The notes beneath the pieces were generated by a model. It worked only from the letters and a program-made list of their open reading frames with translations, searched no databases and was not told the DNA's origin. A program made the position numbers and the translations under genes. 64,000 nucleotides of DNA from positions 22,816,001 to 22,880,000 of the forward strand of contig OX597822.1 in the NCBI GenBank assembly GCA_951406725.2. Reading direction: 5' to 3'. Below are positions 39,101 to 51,013 of this stretch, one piece after another. How positions within the stretch are numbered: position 1 is the first letter of the stretch; each line of letters opens with the position of its first letter. The stretch is from Octopus vulgaris (Eukaryota).

Positions 39101-40993
39101 GGGTATAATCTAAGTATATACAAATGTAAATGTATGCATCATGAACTGATAGTATTTACTGAGTTGAATGTTTCGAGCGTTTTCCAAAACTGTCCACCCG
39201 ACATGATTTCATTACTGATAAAAGTTATTTACCAGTGGTATTTGAATGAAGAACTTTATATATGTAGTTCGACATCTTCAAATACATTTCCTATAATCTA
39301 ACACTAGTCTGCTTTTTTTTCATTACTGCACAGAAAATATCCATTCTAAAACTACCTCAGAGGAAATGTAAATTCTCAAACCTATTACACCCTGATAACA
39401 TTTTTCACTGAAATGCAGAATGAAAAATTGAAATCCTTCCACTGTACTGGAAAGCAAAAGTGGCTTTGCTTTGAAGTACAGTGAAAAGTTTTAAAATCAA
39501 GATGAATGGTATGTGAATAATTAAGCAATATTCTTATACCCTATTTGTCTTATGGTAAAACAACTAGCAAATTAAAAACCATTCTAAGAGCTAACTGTTG
39601 TGCTTTTTTTTTTATTAAAAATAATTTCTATTGCTCTTTGTCTTCAACATGAAAATTAGAAAAAAAAAATTTCTGTAGTCAAATGAAAGCACAGCATATT
39701 TTAACCTAATTTCCAGGACATGTTTATTTATGAAATATACTGCTCGTTATGGGTATACATTACAAAGCAAAGTATACACCATATAATCTAAAGATTCTGA
39801 AAACAAATTCCATTTATTCTTGGTAATTTTGGAAATTAAAAACAAAAAAAAAAAAAGGTTTATTCCCACTTGTTCTCCCTACAAAATTTTACATTTAGGT
39901 AAATAATTCCTCTGGTACTGATGGCATTTATGGCTGAATGTCCAGGTTCTTCAGATTTCTATGTTTCAACTGTTCACAGATCATAGAATGTGAAGAGAAA
40001 GAAAAAGCGTTTATTTCACAAGAAACAATTTTTATTCACAATCATAATATTGAGGATTCAGAAACAAAAACAACAAAATAAATACATGAATTTATAAGAC
40101 CATAATTCCTAATTCACTAAAGTTAACATTAAATATGAATTTACTTTTTTAAAAACCTATTTCAGAAGGTAAAAATTTAAAATTTATCATGCTGACATAT
40201 TTTGGAATGAGTTGTAGATATTTCAACATTAATTCGGTTGAAAAGCAATCTCTTAGACATATTTTACAAGAAACGCATGGATTTGAGTTGAGAAGTGATT
40301 AAATATTACCTTGTCTGAATATTAACTGAACAGTGGCAGAATTCCAGCTAGTGAAAAGGTTATCTGGAAAATTTTAATAATTATAAAAAGAAAAAAAGAG
40401 AGAAATATTTTAGAATTGAAAAATAAATATTTTATATTACTAACACATAGACAAAGATATAACAATTATATTAAGGATAAAAAAATGTTAATATGTTCAA
40501 AAAATTAACCTAGTTATCAAAAGTGAATTAAATAGCAAGTAAAATTATTTTTACCTTTTTAATTAAAACCAGCTGAGGTAGTCTTGCAATAGTATTATTC
40601 TGATATATAGTAGACAAATAATTTCATCATGAGGAAGTCATTTGCTAATTTTATCCTAGCAATGTTTAGCTTTCATACTCTTAGTACAGATCTTACAAAT
40701 ATAGAGTATATTTACTTCTACTCATTAGTAGGTTGCTCACATCAATGATTCCCAAATGTATCATGCTGCAGAACTCATACCTATATTTTATGACCACCCA
40801 CCCTAATTTTAATAACACATTAAAAGAAACTAAAATTGAAAAATTTTGCCTCAGAATCAAAACGATTAATTTGGGGACATCCAAAGACATCGCACTTGGA
40901 GTACTGCTTCTATATCTGAAAAGTATTTCTTTCAAACAAGTACTCAAATAACACCAAGGAAGTTTTCTATTTTATTAATAAATCAATTCTTAC

Positions 40994-41044
40994 CTGAGTC
41001 ACTGAAGGAGCAGCTATTGACATGCTAAATACAGTAGCCTAATA
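40994..41044 (-). other. Candidate 51-nt upstream exon carrying ATG plus 9 codons (MSIAAPSVTQ), phase 0
   Basis: Long pyrimidine tract TCTTTGTTTCTTGCTATCTATTCTATTTCTCCTTCCCTGGACCCAG| precedes it, and the donor is CAG|GTAAGA. ATG at 41023. Confidence 0.35.
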
Positions 41045-41514
41045 CTGGGTCCAGGGAAGGAGAAATAGAATAGATAGCAAGAAACAAAGAGGTGAAATGT
41101 GACTAGTGATGACTGTATTTTACATTCTTTCAATATTAGATGTTTCTTTCCATAAAACCAGAGCCAAACATTATTGATCTATTCCAAAGATTACAATTAC
41201 CATATAACTCTTTCATTATAATATACCTCAAACGTAACTGCTCATCTATTATGATCTGCGAGAGCCTTTAAAGCAGAAGAGTGAGATCATTTTGGAGTTC
41301 TGCATTGGCTCGGAACACTATATATATATCATATCATGAGGGTTATTTTGTCAATAAGAAACTGATGCAATAGTTCTATATTCATATATATATATACACA
41401 CACACACAAAGGGCAGGCCAAAAGTCAAGAAAAGGTGTGAAAGTTTAATAAATTTTAAAAAATTTAGATGTGAATTCCTCACCTAGCTTACATCTGTTTC
41501 CAATAAATACACAC

Positions 41515-41549
<35 letters not shown>

Positions 41550-41726
41550 AAATTCAATTAGAGGTTATGTTAGTATATTATTCTCAGAAATATGAACTTA
41601 ATATTTAATTAATTCACTGAGTATAATTGAAACAGCTGTAAGGGATAACAGTCAATTTGTTGTTGATAATAAACTCTTATTAACTTCACAATCTCCATTT
41701 TCTTCTTCCTACATATATATATGATA

Positions 41727-42010
41727 CTGGGATATCGTAAACTTAAAACAAAAAAATTAACTTATTAAATACTGAAACACCGTCAGGACTTTTGCCCCAC
41801 CCTATATATATATAGACAACATATTCTCATATAAAATAGTATAAATTTAAATACAAGAGACACGCTAGAAGCAGTCAAAACGACCAAAACCACATTTAAA
41901 AGAAATTTTCGAAGGGTATGAAAAATAAAAATAGCATATAAAAATTACCTATTAAAGGTAATTTTCTCTTATGTTTAAATGTATACTATTTTATATGAGA
42001 ATATGTTGTG

Positions 42011-42085
<75 letters not shown>

Positions 42086-42159
42086 TGGGGCAAAAGTCCT
42101 GACAGTGTTTCAGTATTTAATAAGTTAATTTTTTTTGTTTTAGGTTTACGACATCCCAG
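41727..42159. mobile_element. Tc1/mariner-type MITE with long TIRs, TA duplication and a (TA)n microsatellite inside each TIR
   Basis: TA|CTGGGATATCGTAAAC..GTTTACGACATCCCAG|TA. Arms ~41727-41843 and ~41982-42159 are reverse complements; (TC)n(TA)n is expanded in the right arm. Confidence 0.88.
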
Positions 42160-42164
42160 TAAAA

Positions 42165-42237
42165 GAACTTGGAAGGTTGGGCCCCTACCCAGGCCTTTCA
42201 TGATACCCTTAAAGCTAGCAACTTTTCAGTACCCCCT

Positions 42238-42241
<4 letters not shown>
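42165..42241 (-). mobile_element. Mariner-like terminal fragment
   Basis: The minus strand begins ACAAGGGGGTACTGAAAAGTT, resembling mariner TIRs, next to a (TG)n(TA)n tract. Confidence 0.5.
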
Positions 42242-42279
<38 letters not shown>

Positions 42280-45200
42280 CACACATATATATAACAGTGT
42301 GTGGTAATCTAGTCAGGCCCCAAAATACCGATTTTACTCTTTAGGTGTGTTTCAGAAGATGAATTAAGTACCTCTGTTGAGTGCATTTATAATGCCTAAA
42401 TTAATCTAATGTCAACAATTGCTTGCTATAGCAATATTCAAAGAATCGTTAAAACTTGTTTAAGCTTTCAGTTTTGTTTTGTTTTTTTTCTTTTTCTTTC
42501 TAAAGAACCAAACATAAAAGCATCAACAGGTTTAGAACATATCTTGCTCAATTTTGGCAGATCTTGAAGTAGTGCACAGCACTGAAATTTTAATTGAAAG
42601 GTTACACCCTTAAATCTGCTAAGAGTCATTGCATTGTACCGCCAATCCTACATTAATTCTAAGAATGTTGAAGGTTACAAGAAATCTTTTGCAAAACCAA
42701 CCTAGGCCTTTTTTTAAAGTAAAGCAAACCTGGAAACCCCCATTCTGCAAATCTACTTTTTGAGAGGGGGGGGGGTAAATTATTTAAAAACCAATATCCA
42801 CAGCTTTGCAACAGCTAAATTCAAAATCTAAATAGCTTACTTGAGTTGGATCCAAAAACAAGAAATATAACTGAATATTATATTATAGTTATCAGCAAAT
42901 GTATAATTACATATCCAACCTACAGTGTTTTCTGCTTTAGCCCCAGGCCAATCAATATGTTGTGAGTAGTTTTGGTAGATAGCAACTGCAGAAAGAGTGT
43001 CAGGGTTCAATGTATGAATGTTAATATTTCAGGCATGTCACTGCTTGAACAAAATGATAATGCTGACATTACAAATGGTTGCTCTGCACCTTTGATGATA
43101 CTGGAATAAAAACCTCCTACTTGAAAAACATGAAGAGCAACAGGCTGTAAAATCTTAAAATAACTTTCTGGATAACCCACCCAGCATAGAAAAAGAAAAG
43201 AAAAAAAAGACTTATTTCTATCATCCTTTGCTATATCAGCCTCAAATTTCTTTCTTCCACTAGTCATATCCTGCTATATTAGTTCACAGCACCTTTGTAG
43301 CTTACAACTGTTAGAAGCTGAAGTTTAGTTTTTATAAATTAGATTTATCATTTGGTTTTTAGATATTTTATATGTAATTAATTCAATTTGGTTACTAGGT
43401 ATCTTTTTAAATATCAGTTCCTTACAATGAATGATTAAGTTTATACTAAGCTAGACAATGGGACACAGGGTTTTCTTTTCTGGAAAAAAGAATATAATTG
43501 CAATCTTGTTCCTTTTGGCTTTCATACTTACTAAAATGTTTATTTATACATATCACATGAGAAAGTTAAATTCTTTAATAGTAAAAGATGTATAGCAAGT
43601 CTAACTTCCTGGCAATGTTACAGAAGGTCAATATAAGCATTAACATTACCCTCCTCATGTTTCTCAAGAAGAATTAAACTTTCTCTTAACAAATACACAG
43701 AGTAGTTGCTGGTTCTCTATTACACTAATCTGGGATGATGTTACTTACTAACTGTTATCCTTAATCTATTCAAAAGAAAATTTATAAACTGTTATTAAAT
43801 CTCCCAAGTCGATGAGATTGTATTGGGTAGACAAATTAAAATCAGATTTAAGTCTTTCATTTCTTCAGGGTTGATATACAGCATATCACACCAAAGCAGT
43901 CAACTGGTGAAATCATTAAAACACTGGATGAAATGCTTTGCAGTATATTTCAGTTCTTTGAATTCTTCCTTGGTGCCAAGGTAGGCAAACCACCAGCAGT
44001 GTATAGAAAAAGGATGTAATTAAAACTCTTCATAATGGTTCATAGCATTCTAACCTGCAACTGTGCATTTCACCTCCACTTTACCAACCTACATGTCTTT
44101 CCTTAATATTTATCCAATACAAATTACATAGTTTTTGCTTTCTACAAAACCCACTTTCTTCCTAGTTCTTTCACGGATTCCTTCAAGAACCATATAAACT
44201 ACTCTAATTTCAGACATACTCTAATCTTAATTGGTCTCTGTCTTGAAGACTTAAGCAGCGTTTCCGAAATTGTACTAATTTCTTTGATTAATGAAACATG
44301 GTAGCTAGTAAGTATACCTGACTTCTCTTCTTGTTAAGCAATATTGTTCCTTGCCAATCATCTTTCTCCCATTCTTGTCTCATAGCTTTTATGGTTCTAG
44401 GCCATGAGGATGGAAGTTGGGAACATAAGGCACAAGTAATCCAATCCACAATTTATGTTAATACAATGGCCCACAGGAATGAAAAACTTTCTAAATATTT
44501 ATTGTACCATTTACTATAAAATACTGTGATTGGACTTTCTATTGCACACAAGATGGAAGTTTGTAAAGATGTTTAACTCATCACTTTTCTAACTAAAATT
44601 GATTAAAACTGTTATAAAAACATTTTCTAATAATTGTAGAAAATATCTGTGCACATGAAAAAGGAAAATGATGGATCATTTAGTTATCCATTTTCTAATG
44701 TTAGCATAGAATGGAAGTATCAACAAACATCATATGCCCTTATCTAGCTTGTCTAAAGTTTCTCAACTGTTGTTGCTACCTTCTAACACTAGCTTTTCCG
44801 TAATCTCTTTCTAAATTTGTGTTTATATCCAGAAGTACAAATTTTACTTTTGCTGTGGACACAAGAACCATGTTTCAACTTTTTATCCTGAATATACTTC
44901 AAATCTGTTGTACATCCCTCTATATAACCCCTCAGCTTAAATGCATGTTAAAACACCATTTGTTACAAACTATAATTTTCAAAACCTCATTTGATCTTGC
45001 TCTGCAAAAAGCAATACATCGCTGCACCTATTTTTCTCACACAAGCACATTTGATTGCTAATTAGCATACCTGAAATCTTCATTATAAATCCTGCATGTA
45101 TTGATGGAACTATCTCCACAATGTACAATTCCTTTCAGAACAAGCACCCCTTTATTTGGGCATTCTAAAAGAATGCATTTTAAACCTATCTAATTCCCAG

Positions 45201-46096
45201 TTTCATACTGCAAAGAGGACCAGGTTGTCTGCATTGGACAAATGTGCACTCACATTTCGAAAATGGGTAGAGGCAGTAACAAGTAGGACATTTGAGTTAT
45301 GTTATACACCTTTAGCTTTTTAGCATTACCCACCAAACCACACAAGTATGAAACATTATCTAGGCCAATGCTCCATGCTCTGGTACAAATTCAATATAAA
45401 TAAAATATGAATTTTAAAAAAAAGTCAATCTGTAATTTTCAAATGATGTCGAGATGTTTATTTTTTTATGTTTCTTTTCACCCCACCCCTACGAGGGCTG
45501 CTGATTATCATCTAAATATAATCTCACAGCATGGAATTCATCTTTGTTCAACTGGAGAAAACAAAGATGCACCAGTTTTCACACTCCAATTAGGTTTCAA
45601 CCACAAGTTTTACTACTACTGGATCTGGCTTGGAATACATCTGATGGATGATGTGCAACAACCTATTCTGTGATAAACTCATTGCTAAATGAATACCAAC
45701 TAAGAGGCTCACAATAAACTACACATTATGTCATATGCATTTAATGTTGATGATTTACTCAGACACTTGTTATCTAAAAATACTGATAATTATGACATTA
45801 AAATTGATGTAAACTATTTCTTAAGCTGCAAAACCATCTAAGAATCTTATGTTCTTGTTAAATTCAATTGCTAAGTAAAATAATACTGATGCATCATTAC
45901 ATTTCAGAAAAGTGTTGAGTTCAAGTCTTGCCATGGTAGACTTTAAGCTTTTGTCTTTAGGAGTCAAAATAAGTACCAGTCAAGTACTGGAGTCATACTG
46001 CTTCCTTAAAATGTTTGCCCTTGCATATATAAGAAAACATTAACATAAGCAACCCATTTTCTAATCAGCTAACAATAATCTGGAAAGCGCATACTA

Positions 46097-46755
46097 GGTG
46101 CATGTATGGCTATGTGGTTAAGAAGTTTGCTTCCCACCCATATGGCTTTGGGTTGGCACCCAATGCACAGCCTCTTGAGTAAGTGCCTTCTATAGCGTCG
46201 GTCTAACCAAAGCCATGTGAGCAGATTTGGTTGTGTATATATGTATGAAAGTATTTGTTTCCTTGTTTAGGTTTTACATGACAGTTACAAATGAGTGTCT
46301 TGTCACACAAGCATTGACCCTGTTTCCAGTCTTCCATGAAAACATGCCAAGCCAAGGGTAAGACATTTTAGGTGCTTACATAGCTGTGTAGTTAAGTTTA
46401 CTTTCCAACCACATGGTTTCAGGTTCAGTCCATCTTGGGTGTCTCCTACTTTAGCCCTGAGTTAACAAAACCTTGAGAGTGGATTTAATAGACAAAACTG
46501 AAAGAAGACTGTTCTGTGTGTGTATGTTAGTGTCTTGACATCACATGATAGTTGTAAATGAGTATCACACTGTCATACAAGCAGTATCATTCATTTCCAA
46601 TATTCTGTAAAAACATCTGGCCATAGCCAAATATTATATTGCTTGGAAACAGGTGAGGATTGGTGACAGGAAAAGCATCTGGTCATAGAAAATTTGCTTC
46701 AAGAAACTTTATTCAACCCATGCAAGCATGGAAAAATGGTGTTAAAATGATGATA
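46097..46755 (+). mobile_element. Two tandem family-B-headed SINEs; the second ends in an RTE-like tail
   Basis: Heads at ~46097 and ~46369. The 3' end gcaagcatggaaaaatggtgttaaaatgatgat resembles the RTE 3' ends at 15030-15069 and 12087-12135. Confidence 0.75.
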
Positions 46756-47900
46756 TAGTCCTTTAATGCAAGAAAGTTAACATTGAAAAATCCTTCAAAT
46801 TGATGCAAATTTCTATCCCTAGATGTGATAAAATTCTAAATTTGGGGTTAGAGAGAGAAGCGTATAGATTTAAAAAGCACATCTAATACTTTTATCCTTA
46901 AAAGATTTTGCAGCCATCCACAGTAGTTTCATATTTTTTAAAATTCTTAACATAACAATACTCAAAATGACTTCCTGTAGATTTCTTCTTCTTTTTTTTT
47001 TTTTTTTGGTAATTGAAGTAGGAATGCTCTCTTTTCATGTAAAGGTTTTAAGACATCTATTTCAATCACTGATTAATGAATTTCAAAATTTAATAGTAAA
47101 ACTCTTCATTTCTCAATCCAGTAGTACTTGTTACTTGAAAAAACATCCATTTCTTTTGTAAGCAAGCAGTCATCAGAACTTCGACATTAATATATCCCAA
47201 TAAAAGTTTTAATAATATCCTCTGCACATTTGATTCATTTTCTATAAACTAATGCAAGCTAACATAAGAAAAACCATAAGCATTGAAAACTTGCGAAGAG
47301 TTTCTCTTGCAGAAAACAAGTCTTGTGCATATACTGTGGTGGACTGAGTAACCCCTAACTTATGTTCAAATCTAGCGCCCTATTAACCCAACTGCAATGT
47401 TATTCACATTTATAATAGTTGACATGTAACTATAAAATCTGTTTGGAGTAAGTTACAAAAAGATTAGTCATTCCTACTGTTTTCACCCAAATTATGTAGA
47501 GGGTATACAATATTTCTGATATCCAAGAAAACCCACTAACTTTATCTCATCATCTTCATTTGCTCTAATTTTTGCTTAATATTTTGGAGCTAATTCAAAA
47601 TTAACTAAATTATGTATACTATGTGCATGAATAAGAGCCTAAAAAAGATGGAGTCTAAATGTCATGCCTATTTAATTGCTATAGAGTCTTTTCAGCATAA
47701 TTTTACATTTGGTTCATGGGAGGATATTAAAAGGATGAAGGTAAGATACAAATGTTTCAATTTTGTTGATACACTCCACTCCCACCCCTTAAATATTCTA
47801 AAATGTAAACAGTTGCAGTTTTTACTCCAGGTAAATGTTATAAACAAAGTACTCGTTTTTAAGTTTAATACTAAATTGCAAAATGTAAAAAACAAATAAT

Positions 47901-48190
47901 AAGCACAAGTGTTGCTGTGAGGTTAAGAAATTTCCTTCTTAGAAACATGGTTTTGGGTTCAGTCTCACCATACGGCATCTAGGACAAGTATCTTTTACTA
48001 TAGCCCTGGATTTGGTAGATGGAAGCTGAAAGAAGCCCATTGTAAGTGTGTGTGTGTGTGTATTTGCTTCCTTTACATCACGTGATACTTGTGAGAGTCA
48101 CTGTCATACAAGCTGTGTTATTCATTTCCAATATTCTGCAAACAAATGTCTAACCATGGGGGAAAATTACCTTGTTTGGAAATGAGTGAG
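47901..48190 (+). mobile_element. Family-B-headed SINE, degraded
   Basis: ggttttgggttcagtc..ggatttggtagatggaagctgaaagaagccc, then (TG)n and a body shared with the 46369 copy. Confidence 0.7.
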
Positions 48191-50643
48191 ATGCTAATAT
48201 AATGATGAGTCTAAGCTGTTGAGATTAAGTACCAAAATAGTAAAGCTATATGACCTCACAGATCCTGCTACGTAAATTTTGAAGCTAATCTTTCATTTGA
48301 AAAGTTGCCATCATAGGAGTGTTCAAGCAGGTCATTTCTCTTTAAAAAAATATCTTCAGTAAATGAAGACTAAGGCAAATCAATTGTTTGTGAAGGCATC
48401 TAGAATTTGCTTTACAAAGTAATGTAATTATGTTAAATTCAAAACACTAATGATGTAAATATTTGGGGAAAAAACCTATCCTTACATAACTTCAGATACA
48501 CATAAATGGCTGTTTTATTGTTTTTTTATTATTATTATTATTATTATTTGGATGATTTATTTCTTAATATTTGTTTTGGAATAAATTTGTCATTGAAATG
48601 CTTTCATATGAAATTTATACAATATTTATACTATTAAAAATTTACTTTTTTTTACATCAGAAATGATGTAAAGTAAACCTATTCATCTGTGCAGGAAATT
48701 TTATTTGATTAAAAGTATTTAAACCTTTTTTTAATCAATGGAATTAAATTGTAGATTAGGTAAAATCCTAAAGAATTATAACTGTAATTTATATACAAAA
48801 CAAGAGAATACAATTTAAAAGACTACCTTACTTAAATCAGCAATTAAACCACTGAATAACAGTTTTATGTAAAGACTAAGGAACAATGAAAAACAAATAG
48901 TAATGTCAGTAATTTAGTTTCCGCATGTTAATAAGTATCCTGTTAACAATGAGCTTGACATTTTCCCCCTGTAAATTTTACACAAATAACATTGATTTCC
49001 ATCTTATCAGCCTCCTATGCATCTACCAGAACCACCTAATAATTTAAACATAATTAGGATCAATAGCCTAGTACAATATTTTATGGCTGAGAAATGATTA
49101 GCTGAAGTATCTATCACCCAATACTTTTCAGTTGGATCTTTATATATTTCTATGTAACATATTGTGAACAATATAGTATCATTTTATAAGTTTAAATAGG
49201 CCAACCACTGATTCACAACAGTCAGTGACAAGAAAATGCCTATGTAACTCAAGGAATAAATGCAACATGTTTTAATGCTTTTATTGCTGATGTGTACATA
49301 TACACATTATGGGCTTCTGCAAAATTTCCACCTACCAAAGCATTGGTCAACCTCAGGCTATGAGAGAAGACACTTGCCTAAAGTACTGTACAGTAAGAGT
49401 TGAATTCTGAACTTATACACATGTTGCGTGGTTAATTATATACTAATTAACTGAATTTTAACAGGTTGATAATTTAATGTTATTTTCTTTTAAGCTCAAT
49501 AAACTTCATAAATCTTTGGTCTATAATTTTTGAAGTCAAAGTGAATAACTCCAAAATACATATAAATTTCATTATATCTAATTTCTTTAGCTATTATCTT
49601 TAAAGATGAAACATTTTAAAATATTCTCATCAACACAATTTTTCTATCTTCAATCACCACCAGATGTCTTATTCCTGGTTGTGTTCAGAGAACCAAACTT
49701 AATTTTAAATAGGAATCTTTATTTCTAAATCAATACTAAGAATGCTCATACACACTATACAATACCCAGAGATACATGAGTATCAGTTTAAGAATAATTA
49801 TGCAGTTTGTATTTAGCTCAGCAAAATATAGTAGATATAAAGAAATAAGACACCTAATGATATTCAGAGATCAAACCAACCACAATGAGGTCCCTAGTCT
49901 GAAAAGTTACAATTGTATTAAACAATAACTAATTTCATATAGTTAACAGTAATGTCCTATGCTCTATGGAAGATTTGTATAAGAAACTTAACAATGAATT
50001 CCATTTCACGCTTCTTCAATTAACTATATCTACTTTAAACAAATACATCTAAGAATTTGTTGAAGTATCAAATTTGCTTCCAATTTGTTCCATGGTCATT
50101 CAAGATTCGACTCCATTTTTTTAAGATGCCAGAAGAGAACAGGGTAATGCTTACAAGCAGTGATTACACCACTTAGTGGTACATATTTGCAACTGGGCAG
50201 TCAAATGCTAAATTTCTTGGCAATGAATACATCACAGCAGTGCTATCAACTTAATTATTCATACTTTTACTTTTACATTCCGAAGTAAAAGGAAACACAT
50301 TTTCAAACTTTTGCAGTACATTCATTGTCCCTTGTAAACTTTACCAGCACCAGACTTTAGTTCAATTTCAATATGAAAACACCTTAAAATCAATGCACTG
50401 ACCAGTTACATTTCCAAAATGACAACCCAACCATCAACATACAAATTCAATCACACTGTTGAATCATGGGAAAGTATGCAACAGCTCTGTTTTGGTCAAT
50501 ATCTTGTGAGTAGAAGCCCATCTTTTTTTTTCTTTCTCACACACATATTTATGTCATACCAAAGCAGATAGCAGAATTTGGTGCAGTCCTCTGGTTTGCC
50601 AGTTCCTGTTAAACTGTCCAACCAGACATTAAATGGCGAGGAT

Positions 50644-51013
50644 GTGTGGTAAGAAGCTTGCTTCCCCTATCTCACGGTTCTAAGTTCAGTCCCACTGCAT
50701 GGCAACTTGGGTAGGTGTCTTCTACTATAGCCTCAGACCAACCAAAGCCTTGCGAATGGATTTGGTAAATGGAAACTGAAATAAGCCCCTTGTTTATATA
50801 TCAAAGTTATGTGTCTTTATGTATGTGTTTCTCCCCCACCACCACTTGAACCACTGTTGGTGTGTTTTCGTCCTTATAACTCAAAGGCCTGGCAAAATAC
50901 ACCAATAGAAGAAGTACCAGGCTTTAAAAATAAGTATTGGGATTGATTCCTTTGACTAAAAGTTCTTGAAAGCAATGCCCCAGCATGGCTGAAACAAGTA
51001 AAAGATAAAAGAT
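50644..51013 (+). mobile_element. SINE family B
   Basis: gtgtggtaagaagcttgcttccc..gttcagtcccactgc..cagcatggctgaaacaagtaaaagataaaagat. Confidence 0.85.

Noticed and set aside
41240-41310. bantam-like sequence as a miRNA gene
   Set aside because: Only the 5' part matches, and the upstream arm pairs over just ~7 contiguous bp, so there is no precursor hairpin.
42008-42307. ORFs with YIYIYI and CVCVCV repeats (also near 54835 and 61089)
   Set aside because: They are translations of (TA)n and (TG)n microsatellites.
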